From NCBI RefSeq assembly GCF_018350175.1, contig NC_058368.1, forward strand, positions 46,192,001 to 46,256,000: a DNA stretch of 64,000 nucleotides, in the 5' to 3' direction. The stretch comes from Felis catus (taxonomy: Eukaryota). A program made the position numbers and the translations under genes. Shown piece after piece: positions 1 to 13,019 of the stretch (position 1 is its first letter; the number at the start of each line of letters is the position of its first letter). The notes under the pieces are model-generated. The model ran no database searches. It was not told the DNA's origin and worked only from the letters and a program-made list of their open reading frames with translations.

Positions 1-299
1 TGTGGTCCTATCAGGCAATTTTCCTAATGTATACTATCACATGAAGAGTGATTAGATCATGTAATTGAATGTATACTATCAATTTCTAGTTTCTGTGTAC
101 AACATCTAATGGAATGAAATAGAAATGAGGAACCAAGATAGGCTAGGATTAGTTGTAGCAGGTAGATGTTATGCCCTTAGCTTATAGATGTAAAAACTGC
201 ATCTTATTTACTCAGAACAGACAGCTTGTCTGTGGAATAAATACTCATAAATTCAGTTCCACAGTACCATATCATCTCCTAGGTCAGGTAATTTATACT

Positions 300-761
300 G
301 GCATGTCTTACATAGTGGTTAGGAGACTAAACTTTGAAGCCAGACTGCCTGGTTCTGAATTCCAACTTGACCACTTGTGAGTTCAGGGTACCCTTACCTC
401 ACTGTATCTTATTGCTCTCATCTATAAAATGGGGATGATAATTGTTTCTCCCTCATAGGCTTATTTGGAGAATCAAATGAGCTTAATACTTATAAGGGGC
501 GCCTGGGTGGCGCAGTCGGTTGAGCGTCCGACTTCAGCCAGGTCACGATCTCGCAGTCCGTGAGTTCGAGCCCTGCGTCGGGCTCTGGGCTGATGGCTCA
601 GAGCCTGGAGCCTGTTTCCGATTCTGTGTCTCCCTCTCTCTCTGCCCCACCCCCGTTCATGCTCTGTCTCTCTCTGTCCCAAAAATAAATAAACGTTGAA
701 AAAAAAATTTAAAAAAAATTAAAAAAATTTAAAAAAATTAAAAAAATAAAAAAAATAAAAA

Positions 762-793
<32 letters not shown>

Positions 794-860
794 AAAATAC
801 TTATAAGCACTTAGAAGAGTTCCTGGCATAAAATAAGTGTTCAATATATCTCAATTATTT
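300..860 (+). mobile_element. MIR SINE interrupted by a young SINEC
   Basis: catagtggttaggaga...agccagactgcctgg...tcatctataaaatggggatgata...cctcatagg, resuming after the SINE as cacttagaagagttcctggcata. Confidence 0.8.
497..795 (+). mobile_element. Young felid CanSINE (SINEC_Fc type) with ~100-bp A-rich tail
   Basis: ggggcgcctgggtggcgcagtcggtt head, (CT)n region, A-rich tail, and perfect TSD aatacttataag (485-496, 796-807). Confidence 0.95.
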
Positions 861-2245
861 ATTTTATGGCCACTAATTTTAGCAAATAATTTTCAGAAAG
901 GCACATGTTCTGACTTTTATTATTTGAGGCCAAGGCAGAGTTATAACTATATCCAAGACGCATCACTCTGTAGATTTGTATGAAAGTGAATTTACTCACT
1001 GCACCAGTAAAAGATGGTTGCAAGTAAGTTGCATTTACACTGTAAAAAAAATGTGAGTTTCGGTCTTAGTATACTTTTTATACGGATGAGGAAATGATAT
1101 TGATTGTGTAAAGAGAGGTGCTGTCTATTCGATTCACAAATTCTCTTTGTTAAATTGGTTTTCATCATTTTGGTCATTCTTTAAAACCCAAACTACATTT
1201 ACAAACTACGTTTCTCTTTTACTTCTTTTTGTTGTTGTTTCCCGGACAGTAAATGAGCCAAACTAAAGTTTCCAATGGCAACATTTGCTCCTTTATCACA
1301 GAACCAGGATCTTAGGGCTAGCAGTAAAAGCTTTATAAGCTGACTAATAGAGGGGAGAAGAGAAATCCAAAGGGTTAGAATGGGAGCATTCTGCCTTCAT
1401 TTCACACCATGACTCTAAAGGAAGAATGGAACCACAAGAATTCCCCGTTAAACTAGGGGTCAAACAGTTATGCCAATCACATTCATTGTGTTCCGCAAAG
1501 CTAGGTTTTGTCCGTGTTCACAAGTGTAGATTTCCCTTATGCTAATCAGCCCATAGGATCTAACTGGCCGATTTTCTTTTCCTGACAATTACATTGTGAT
1601 CAGTAGCATCTGTGTTACAGAGAACTGAAACCAATCCAGTACAAGCCAAATATCAGGAAACTTCTATTATTATATTTACTGAATTTAATCTTCTTCATGC
1701 TATTGATGACATTATTATTGTTGTTCTAGTTCATGTTATGGTTGTTTTGGAGAGCTCAACTATAAAACTACTGGAAGATGTTTCAGGTGGGAAGTAATAA
1801 CGTGATAATCAGGCTGTCACCAAGCTGGTTTATCCTGCCGTACACTGCAGTCTTGTATTGCCCTTCTAAGTGATATGCATCATTTAAAAAGTGTTCAGAA
1901 TTCAGTAGAACTAATTAGTTAGAACACACAGCCCAGAAATATGAGTAAACATTTTACGTAGTTGAGTAGGTAAGCAAGTCATGGTATTGCTAGGAAAATT
2001 GATTCTCAAAGCTGAAAGTGATCTTGCTGAAAAGGCCTGCAAAGAATACATAAATATAGGGACCTCGTGTAACCTAATAGTTCTACAAAGTAAACTGAGT
2101 GTTAGTAAACTTTGTGTTTTCTTTTCTTGAAGAACAAGTGAGATGTGCAATAGAAATCGTGCCTTCACCCTGATATTAAATGATTAGTACCAGTTTGAGT
2201 TAATTTTCCCTGTTTTATTACTAACTCTCCAGCAGGGAAAAAAAC

Positions 2246-2248
<3 letters not shown>

Positions 2249-2287
<39 letters not shown>
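2249..2287. repeat. (CA)n microsatellite
   Basis: Perfect dinucleotide run. Confidence 0.95.
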
Positions 2288-2292
<5 letters not shown>

Positions 2293-4216
2293 GACAACTT
2301 ACAAAATTTAGTGACATTTTAATGATTTTTATCAGGGTGGAACTGAGGATTAAAAGTTTTCATAAGTGGCATATGAATTTCTTATAAAGTCTTATGTTCA
2401 TCCTCTCTTTCCTGACAAGAGAAAAATTCAAAGTAAACAAAAAAATTTTTAAAGAGTGAATTACTAATTTCTCATGAACCTCTGGAGGAGGAGGGAGGAT
2501 AATTCATTCCCTTGCCTGTCCTCAATTCTCCTCCATTTTAAAACAGAGTTTCATTTGTCCAGGAGTTTCATATAGCAAATAATTTCTGCCTTTGAGGAAA
2601 AAGGACATTGTCACTGGTGTGCGGAAATGCAGTTTCAATAGGTCCATGCTCACAAGAGAAGCTCAAATGACTGTGGTTAGTCTCGACTGGGGTCAGCACA
2701 ACATCTGCTTTCCCATGTAATCATGCATCTAATTTCCTTGCCTTTGAGGATCATAGTAAATAGAATTTGAAAAAAAAAGTGGGTGGAATAATTTGACATT
2801 AGTTTTATTTGGATTGAATCCAAATAAATAGGAAGTGTGAAATAGTTGGAGCTTTTCAAGTAATTGATAAGATGTGATGACTCTCAAAGATACAGAATTC
2901 ATACATAAGAAAAAAGTAAATTGTGTATCAACACAAATCCACATTTTTGGCCAAACTCGTTTCAGTCCCAATTTTCCAAGAACGAAAAGTAAAATAATCT
3001 AGTGCCAGATCGCCAGTGATGAAAAAGTCAGGATATCTAAATATAGGTATTCAAAATTTGACAGAAGATTTGACAGTTGAGCATGTGGAAAGGCAAATAG
3101 CAAAAATTTCTTATTCAAATATGCAGATGTTTAAGTAAGGAAGTGATTTTTGCAAAATAGTAGCAATTAACCTGGAAATGAGTACTCTGTATAATACTGT
3201 CATGTGTGAATCACAACTCTTAGACACAGATAGTATAGAAAATCAGAACAAGGGTTTGTCAAACTGGACTTGTATAAGTTCTGGAGCCCATGGCATGCTC
3301 TCAGAGGTTTGTTAGCTTGTAACACTTATTTCTAAAATAGTTTGTATTAATTTTAGAATAAAAGTTAAGAATAACAAATACTTAATGAGAATGGAGTGTG
3401 AAAGACATTTTCTAAGTGACTAACACATATATTAACTCTTCTAACAGTCACATAAGTCCATGAGTTAGCTATTATTTTTATCTTCATTCTATGGATAAGG
3501 AGACTGAAGTGCAAAAAAGAGTAAATATATCAGGCCACAAGTTATTTGCAAATAAAGCTGGAACATTATAAAAATGATTATATGTGTATTCTGGGTTTTC
3601 TGGTTCAACAAGCACTTACTATTCTAATACTGCAATACAATTATAATGTCCAAGTTGCCACTTTGGTTTGCATTAATTTTGATGCCACACCCTTCCACCT
3701 GGATTGGCTCATAGAAATGAGAAAGAACAGAGGGAGACTTAATACATGATGCTTTAGTAAACTATGTTTCTGTGCTAAATAAATGTCACATCACTATAGA
3801 ACATTCTGCGCAAGATTTCATAGTAGTTCAAAAAAGAGATAGTAGTGAGAAATTGTGTCATCACCAAATAACAGTCTTGGCATGTCAAATATAAAAGAGC
3901 CTGAGTATACAGTTATTACCACAGTCGCTCTGTTAGTAATAATTTAGTTTCAACACAATGTCACCAACCATAATATAATATGAAGTTAGAGTTTACTGGG
4001 TTTGGAGTTTGCTTTATTTAATGTATAAATTTGTTTGGTTCTTAGGGTTATAAGTAAAAGATATATATCCATTTGTATCTGTATACACTAAAGTAAGTAT
4101 ATTAAAAATAATTTAAAATGATAATGGGGTCTGATCAAATTGCTTGTGCTTTAAAACATTATTCACATTTGTGAAATATTGACATAAACTGCCCTATTTC
4201 ATATTAATATTTTTCT

Positions 4217-4446
4217 TTTTCTTTTTTTAGAGAGTGTGTGTGTGCAAGAGGGGAGAGGGGCAGAGGTGGGGGGCGGTGAGTGAGACAGAAGGACACAGAG
4301 GGAGAGAGAGGGAGAGAGAATCTTAAGCAGGCTCGATGCTCAGCACAGAGCCTGTTGTGAGGCTCAATTCCATGACCCTGGGATCATGACCTGAGCCAAA
4401 ATCAAGAGTTGGACACTCAACTGACTTAAACCACCAGGTGCCCCTG
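4217..4446 (-). mobile_element. CanSINE (older subfamily)
   Basis: Reverse-complement SINEC ending ccaccaggtgcccct, with TSD atattaatatttttct (4201-4216, 4447-4462). Confidence 0.9.
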
Positions 4447-4530
4447 ATATTAATATTTTTCTAATAACCATATATTTAATATCATTCTCTGGTTTTTTCA
4501 TATATATATATGGGCTTGGGCTTTCTGTTT

Positions 4531-4541
4531 TATATATATAC

Positions 4542-4591
<50 letters not shown>

Positions 4592-4675
4592 GTATATCTA
4601 TCTGTATACATATATGAAAGAACAAGGGAATGATATTAATTATATGGTTATATATATATATAATATATATATATA
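4531..4675. repeat. (TA)n microsatellite cluster
   Basis: Long TA runs. Confidence 0.9.
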
Positions 4676-5184
4676 AAGTAGCCAGGTATAATGGAAAGAT
4701 TTTGGGAGAATGATTATGGAGTAAGACAAACAACTTTATTACTCAATCCTCCACTTGCTAGCTCTGTGACTTCAGGCATGTTACCTAAACTTCATGTCTT
4801 TATATCTTCATTTTTCTTAGAGGCCTAATGATATCTTACAAGGTTGTTTATGGTGAAGACTGAATTATATAATGTATCTGACAATAAAACATGCCTTAAA
4901 ACAGTACCCCTCAAAGAGTCTTAATATTTTCCTTCTTTAATTAACTTCTTTTTATCTGGATATTCACCTTTTTGGAAGCAGAAACAACAGCTTTCACTTC
5001 GGATTCATTCAAACAACCTAGCACAGAAGGAATTTCTTGTCAATAAGGTTAACTACCTTCCATTCCACGGATTTAAAAACCTACCCTGTATACATTGTTT
5101 TTTACGGTCCCTCATCAATTCAAGGATGGTAATCAAATCCTAGAAGTCTCTGGGTATATTAGTTAGAGACTAATATTATTAGTC

Positions 5185-5714
5185 TTATTAGCTTCTCTGG
5201 AGAAACAGAACCATATTGGATGTATGTATGTATGTGTGTGTGTGTGTAGAAAATAAAGAATTAACTCACATGATTATGCAGGCTGACAAGTCCCAAGATC
5301 TGCATTCAAAATCTGGAGACTCAGGATAGCAGATGGTGAGTCTTAAGGCCTAAGAACCAGAAGAGCACATGTTAGCATTTGGTTCAAATTCTAGCAAGCT
5401 CAAGACCTGGAAAGAGTCAATGTTTCAGTTCAAGTCTGAAGACATAAAAACACCAATATCTCAGCCCACGTTAGTCAGGCAGAAGGTGTTTCCTTTTACT
5501 TTGCAAAAGGGTTGGGCTTTCTGTTTTATTCAGGCCTTCAACTGTATGGATGAAGCCCACTCACCTTTAGAGAGCAATTTGTTTACTCAGATTACGAATT
5601 CAAACATTGATCTCATCGCAAACATCCTCACAGACACAACCAGAATCATGTGTGGCCAAATATCTGGGTACTTCTTGGTCCAGTAAAGTTGATCCATAAG
5701 AGTTACCTATTACA
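5185..5714 (-). mobile_element. MLT2-type (ERV-L) solo LTR
   Basis: ttctctggagaaacagaacc...gacaagtcccaagatctgca...caggccttcaactg...aacatcctcacagacac...aaatatctggg...ttacctattaca, the antisense MLT2 pattern. Confidence 0.8.
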
Positions 5715-8366
5715 GTGGACCATCAGTCTTGAGGCATGTTGCCAATCATCATACTAAAGTCATCTGGCTGGATCCAGAGAAAAAGTATCTTTCTATTCAT
5801 CAAAAAAGTTAAATTCACTTCAGGCTATAACCTTCCCACTTCTCAACAGAATCCCATGAGGTCTGGGAGGCCCGTCAACCAGTCAAGTATCGAGGTGAAT
5901 CCTTTTACAATCTTGTAGCCATTTGTATCTATCATATCCAATATCCGTTTTTCTTTACTCTTGACCAAAAATGTAAGACCCTCTTTTTTTCCATCTGTCT
6001 CTTCCCATCCCTCCATTCTCCTATTTCTATCTACCTCACCAACTTTCTACTGAATTCACTACGACCACTCATCCATATTTACCTGGTCCCCTCCTACTTC
6101 ATTGGTCATACATTTATCAGGTTCAGCTTCTTTGTCCAAATCATGAATCAGGGTCGGTACCAACTGGGCTTTCTTCTTATCACATAATTTCTACACAGTT
6201 TCTCTGATCAATCTCCTTCACTCTCATGGCTTTTTTTGTGGCCAATATCCTAAAGTTTCTTAAACTTGTATATCTAGCCCAGACTTTTCTTCTGTGATTC
6301 CCAAGGGTATATGCAACCTTTAAACGATTATCTCCAGTTCACTACCTTGTGATAGTCTTGACACTTCACCACCAAACTGAACTACTTCTCTCCTTTGCCT
6401 GACCAACAAAGATGCCATTTCTCTTATTTTCTAGCTGCAGCAAAATAGAACTACACAGCTTTTCTATTTTAAAATTAAAGGAATTTATGCAAAAAGTTTA
6501 CTAATTTCATGGAATTTCCCCCATGGCAAACGAGCACAGTGAGAGAAGTAAATCTTTCCCTGAATGATGGGCAATTGCTAAGTGATGCCTTGGCTGCCCT
6601 CAGTGCTGTTGTTTCATCATTATCTCTTCTTGCCTCTTTCTTCTGTGCTTTATCAGCTCAGAAACAAGGCAGGAAACATGGCACTAAAGAGCAATTCTGG
6701 AGGATATGCCCCAGGACCATATTAGCCACGATTTCAATAAGTAATCAATCAATTGTTGAAATGTAGTTGACAATATTACCCAACAGTTTAAATTTCAATA
6801 TTTAAGGTCGAAGATTGGCAAACTCTACAATCAATGCTATATCTGTATCTGTATAAATGCCAATGACTTACAAAACCAAAGCCAAAATTATAGATTATAA
6901 AAAAAATTATATGGTATCGGGACACATTTAGTAACACCATAAAATCCAGACATGTTTAGAAAAGTCATTTCTTTTACTATTTGTTTTGCTTCTTTACTGG
7001 AATGTGCTAACTTCTACCCAATGAGTTGCCATCTGACAATCTGTTTTCTCAAATTATGGTCATGGATACCTGCATTCGATTCATCTGGGATATGTGGTAG
7101 ATGGTTCGGATTAGCTTACACACTACACACTAGAAGTGAGAGCAACTTTCCCAAGTCTCCCTTTCCTCTGGCTTCCATGTAGGAACTATCTTCTACCCAT
7201 GAGAGTTTGTAAAGAGCCAACACATGAAGTAAAGGCCCTGTTTCTTCTACTTTCCCTATTTGTGCTACATGTAGGATTATGGATTTTCCTAGTTGCAGCT
7301 GTAGGAGATCCTTCTGCCTCTTTCACAGTGTCTTAGTGCGAACAGGGAAGGTGTGTGCCATCCATTCTGCTGTCATGTACTATGGCAGAGACTGCCTAAT
7401 TCCCTTACATCCTGATCAAGGTAGGCAATGACGTTTCCTTTATGACCCAGTTCAGTGGTCATTTTGGAAGTCAAAATGGAAGTCAAACCTGGAATCTGGT
7501 ATGCAAACCCTCCCAATATTTTGTAAACATCTGATTGCCTCCTTTCTATCTCTGTCTTCTGAAACTACGTGTGTTGTTTTTTTTTTTATCTGCAACCTAA
7601 TGGACACAGAAGTTTTGTTTTGTTTTGTTTTGTTTTATTATTGTTACCCCAGGAATCTTCATTTGAAACTATCTTCCTAGGACATCAGGTACACCGTGAA
7701 ATTTGAGAACCTCTGTTAGGTCAAACATTTGGGGGGGGGGGTAAAACTGTAAAAGGATCACCACTATGAACTAATAAGCCAGGCAATGAGCTTCAGTTTA
7801 AATTGACTCCTATTAAGCAGCCTCTTATTACCTGCATTGTCCAGAGCTCTCCTTCTGGTAAGTTCTTTATAAATAGATCACCATGTCGTATGTCCTGTTA
7901 TTTCACTAATTTGGCTATGTCACAAACTCAGTGGCAGTCATTTATATAGACCAGTACATAATAGGACCTAACACAAGAGATCTTCCCAAGAGACAAACTT
8001 CATGTTGAACAGTCATGGTCTACAACAGTAACATTCTCTCCCCTAGGAAATTTGAATGTGAGACAAGAAGCAGACATTTGACTTGTATAGATGTATAGCC
8101 CACAGAAAGAATGCTTTGGTATCTCTGAAGCCTCAGAAATCATGACTTAAAAAATAAATCAGCCAATAACAACTGTACTGCAGTAATAAATCCAGAGGCA
8201 GAACACAGCTGAAACACAACGAACCAGAATATAAAGATAACGAGCAAAGAACACCAGTTATATGGAGAGAAAGCCCATTAATGCTAATTGCTATAAAGGT
8301 GCTGTGTTCTGCACTGTGTTCTAGATCCTGAGACTTAGCTCGACAACATGGTAAAAAATTTCGAGA

Positions 8367-8552
8367 TTTTTTTCAGTTTATTTATTTATTTTGAGAGGCA
8401 GGGAGAGAAAGAGAGAGAGAACTTGAGTAGGGGAGGGGCAGAGAGAGAGGGAGAGAGAGAGAATCCCTGAGATGAACTGAGATGAAATCCCTTATGACCT
8501 GAGATGAAATCAACAGTCAGATGTTTAAATGACTGAGCCACCCAGGCGCCCC
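8367..8552 (-). mobile_element. CanSINE with internal deletion
   Basis: T-rich tail, (GA)n and head gactgagccacccaggcgcccc. The central part is replaced by repeated ctgagatgaa. Confidence 0.85.
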
Positions 8553-8579
8553 TCTAGGTTTTTGTTGTTGTTGTTGTTA

Positions 8580-9010
8580 CGTAGTGGATGCTGTGGTATG
8601 CCAACCATGTCCCCTGCTTCAAGATTCATTCCTCCAGCTGCTGGGCTTATCAACTGTTAACATTTCTTATCCGAGTACTTCTTCAATCTTGGTCTCAGCT
8701 AAATAGAGCCACCTCGTCTGAGGTCATGTCCCCTTCCTGGAAACAATCCACATCTAATGACTACTCCATGCAGGGTGTAAGTCCCAGCTTTCACTGACTT
8801 TTTGTTATACATCTCTGCAGAGTCATCCCATCTCTCATGGGACTGGCTGAGGCCCTTCTAATGGCAACGGTGAACCTCAGCTTCTTCCTTTACCCATTCC
8901 TGTTGTCTTCACTCTCTCCCAGTTCTTGATCCAAAGAGCACATCCCAATAAATATCTGCAAGCAAATTTCTACCCCAGAGTCTACTTCTTGGAGAACTCA
9001 ACCATTGATA
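8580..9010 (+). mobile_element. LTR16-like (ERV-L) solo LTR
   Basis: Starts gtagtggatgctgtggtatgcc and ends aataaatatctgcaagcaaatttctaccccagagtctacttcttggagaactcaacc. Confidence 0.7.
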
Positions 9011-12000
9011 GATTTCTTCCCATGGAGTGTCCAACTGAAATAATCTAAGTAAGTATATCTGACTGTCCAAATTAAAAAAAAAAACTCCAAAAAACTATGT
9101 TTAAACAAAAATTATTTTTAAGTCTTAACCATGTAAATATTTGAAGTATTTAAATTGCTGCAATCTGACTGACTTCTTCACAGTGTACTAGAATTATTTG
9201 CTGGAATGTCTTCAGTTTCTAGAATGATTACCCTAGAAAAACATTTCCTTCTCTTACAAATATGTTTATTGTTGTATCTAAGTTTCCCTCATTAACTTAC
9301 CCATAAAATTGACTAAAATTAGGTAGGTCAGTCGTAAGTTTCTATCTTATAATAAAGCTCCTATCTTATAATAAATAAATTCCCAAGGAAACCAAGACTT
9401 TCAAAATTAAATACTTCTGTTTTACTAAATATAACTAGGAATATGCTCATAAAAGACTTTATCGTACTTTACTTTCTTCATGTATAAAAAATTGATATTT
9501 CAGAATCTGTGAAAAAAGTTCTAACAGTTGTTGGTTCTTCTTCTGAACATAAAAATTGAGGAAATCAAGCATGAAATAAGTATTCAACATAACAACTGAA
9601 CAACAGTGAACATACTTTTAATAGATGTTTCCTAACATTGATCTAAGTTTGTTCAACAGCCAAGAAAATAATGTATCTGGTAGAGACTCATCTACGGATA
9701 CAACTGCTCATTGGACAAAATACGAATCAGAACAGCTAAAAAAATCAATTGGATGTGAATTAAGAATCTTTCAAAGTAAAATGTGAATTTAGGTTGCATA
9801 TTATGCCAACAAATCTGGAATATTCTTTGTTGAGATTGCATGCTCTTCAAAGCCTTTAATGTATATTTTCTTAGGAAATACTATGGTTCTCTTTAGGAAC
9901 CCACTGTTATAATAAATTCAAGTAGAACATCTGCTGATACGTATGCAGGATTTAATTATACAGACCAGGGATACACATATTCAAATCCATACTAGTACCT
10001 CTACCTGATTAGCCTTCAAATATGTACACAAACTTTCAAATATAGCTAGCTCTGATAAAGTTTAGCTCACTTAATCATAAACATAAACTGATTTCTTCAC
10101 ATGGCTGCATTAAAATGTCAGTGTTTGGATAGCCAAAAGCAATTAAAACAATTTGAGTATTTATACTGTGCCCAAAAGAGTGATACAAAAATACCCCAAA
10201 TCCACCTTCCCGGTATTTCCACTTCTCGATATTGCCCTTAAACTACATCTGCTTTTTCTTCCCTTATTCTAAGCCACCAAAAACCCTCCCCGTAACTCTA
10301 CTATCATTCATTGTCTTATCCTTTTCCTTCTTACACTCTCTGGCCTAGTTCGTTATGCATTTACCCTCCTCTCCCACTTTACACTCTGTCTTCCTCTTCC
10401 TCCTTTTCTTTGTATCTCCTCTTCTTCATCATTTCTTCATCTATATCTTTGTCTTCATCTTTTGTTTGTTTTTTCAACTTTACCAGTTACCTGGATTCTA
10501 TAAGAAAATGGAGAATCCAGGGAGCAACACTTGTTTCTCCACAGAAATGCTGGTCAGTGAGAAGAGATTTCACATATTTCCTGTTAGTATCATTTCTTTC
10601 ATCCTAGTCACATACAACCGCAAAGGAATTAAAAATCCATCTGCATTCGAATTCAGAGACACTTAGTAAACAAAAATACTTAAACTTTCCTCAGCTCTGT
10701 CCTCAACTGTAAAATGGGAACATGATGACATAGATTACGTAATTCACAAAAACATGTGATAAAATGAGATAGTATGTGTCAATAAGCCACAAAAAATATA
10801 AACCTAAAATATTACTTATCTGATGAAACTTTCACCAAAAATTATACTGGCGATGATCTGCCATTCTTCTTTTTCTGCTAAAAATACTACAGTATAGCTA
10901 TAGTAAAGGACACCTCCTTCTCACACTCAGTCCAAATAATTTAGGTAGATTTGAATCCTCTCTAACCTAAGGATGACCATGAGACGCAAGTTAATCACAG
11001 CAGCACTTCCACTTAGCCAATTTCAGGCATGAACAAATCAACAAATTTAAACCAAAAAAGTCCAGAACTATTTTGCTTTTTAAGTAACACTACCTATTCT
11101 AATAATTATTTTTAAAAATAGAAATTATTTCTTACCCAAACAAACAGGTAAGAAATGAGGAGGGTATTATATTTCATACACTCAGAAAAATGGGCTAATG
11201 CAAGCATTGTATCACTAACATGATTTCAATGTAGCTCTTAGGGTACCATTCATAAGTGGAAAAAGAATAGAAAGGATCATTATGAATGAGAGATTTCAAT
11301 GGCCTAGACCTAGAAGTAGCATATATATCTCCATCCACAGTCCACTGGCTAGAATTCACTCTCATGTTCCTTCTTAGAAACTATCAACCTAGAAAAACTT
11401 ATCCATGACTACATTACACAATGGAAAGAAGAGAATGATTCTTTGGTGAAAAATAAATTTGCCATGATATTTACACTGTTGATGAAGAAAAGTTCTACTT
11501 CTCTACCAAAACTGAACCCAGGGACATGGAGAACTAAACTGCTAGAAGGAATTTTTGCATGGATCTTAGAAAAGGAGGAAAACAGAAGAAATCCTAATCA
11601 TGTCATTGAGACCCTGAATCAAAGTACAAAAGAGGCAAAAATAACGCTAAATGTGAAAAATACTTCCTCTTTTTTGGTCTAAGAATGTTTGACCTAGGAT
11701 TTCTATCAAGAATTAGTTAAGGGTCATGGCTATTTTAACCCAATGGTTAAAACCATTGACTGTTCAAAGCCTAATCCTCTTGTATTTGACATTTACTAGC
11801 TGTGTGAGTGTTGGCAAAATTGTTAATCATTTTGAGCCCCTCTTCCTTAAATTGGGTTATACGCATCAAATTCTCAGGAGGGTGCTCAATATACAGTTAA
11901 TGAGTAAGTGTGCAATAAATATTAGCTACATTTATTATTATAATAATTATTATTTCTACTCATTCTAAAATACATGACTTAGCTTTTCTTATTTCTTCTA

Positions 12001-12384
12001 TAGTCTTTAGAGGGACATAAAATACACTGTTAGGAATTCAGAAGGGAAAGAAACTGACAAAGTCTATACTTATATCTTTTTATTCTTCCCAGTACCATAT
12101 ACCCTCCAGTTATCTTTTTACCTCTTTTTTGTTTTATGCCTCCTGTATCTATATCACTGTTGTTTATTACCCCTGACACATACTACCTTCCACTGAGCCA
12201 TCCGACCAAAGGGCTCAGCCCTATATTCCTGCGCCCCTAAAGAATCTTTCTGTGGATGCTTCACTAAAATGCACTGTTGCTCTCACTGGGTCTCACAACC
12301 ATTTTAATACATAAAATAAAGGGTTATATTAGATGATGAAAAATGTTTTACAACTAATTTAGTCCATAATTTAATAATATTTTA

Positions 12385-12900
12385 GCAAACATTTATTAAT
12401 CAATTATTAGAAATCACTCACAAGAGCTGGGATCTATGACATAACAAAAGAAGACAGAACTCACGGCCTTGAGGGACTCACGTTCAAAGAAAATAAGTCA
12501 AAGAATTAAAAAACATGATAAATCATTTTTAGACGTAATAATGGAGGCCAGAGGCTTGTGACAAACCCAAGAAGGGCTGTGGCCTTTGTTGGTTAAGTGA
12601 GTAGGAAGGATCTTCAAGAATTGCTTCCTGAGAAGTTGGCACCTGACTTGATTCACAACTAGGATTACAAGGAGAAAACAAGACAAAGATCAGACAGGGA
12701 GGTGGTTTAGCCACACGGACAGTGTAAGTGAAGCCTTAGTGGAAAAAAATGATACATTTTGGGGAGAAAATTTCAAAGATTCTGACATATACAGTACCAG
12801 ACAAGCAGGGTGGATATGAGAGATATGCAAGAGAGCAAAATTAAAGGCAGTATGGCTCAAACCTGTTCAGATGATTAAACACAGGAGCCATCAGGGGCAG
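12385..12900 (-). mobile_element. L2 LINE 3' remnant
   Basis: caaacatttatt...gctgggatcta...gccttgagggactcacgttc...ggaaggatcttcaagaattgcttcctgagaag, an antisense L2 3' pattern. Confidence 0.6.
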
Positions 12901-13019
12901 AAAAAGAAAGAAAATCTGATAATGAAGAAGGATAGGAAGGGACTGAATAACTGGAGGCTCACTTCATGACAGACCTCAAAGCGTAACTATTTAAATTTAT
13001 CTTTCCTGAGAAATCTTAG

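Noticed and set aside
497..580. tRNA-like A/B boxes
   Set aside because: tRNA-derived head of a CanSINE, not a tRNA gene.
473..682. Short ORFs overlapping SINEs (also 24026, 31569, 33070, 34312, 48849, 62099)
   Set aside because: Translations of CanSINE consensus sequence, not genes.
699..797. Regularly spaced repeat resembling an array
   Set aside because: SINE poly(A) tail with slippage; no spacers, not CRISPR.
9342..9375. Direct repeat ctatcttataataaa x2 (similar small duplications near 17920 and 48690)
   Set aside because: Ordinary local slippage duplications with no sign of function.
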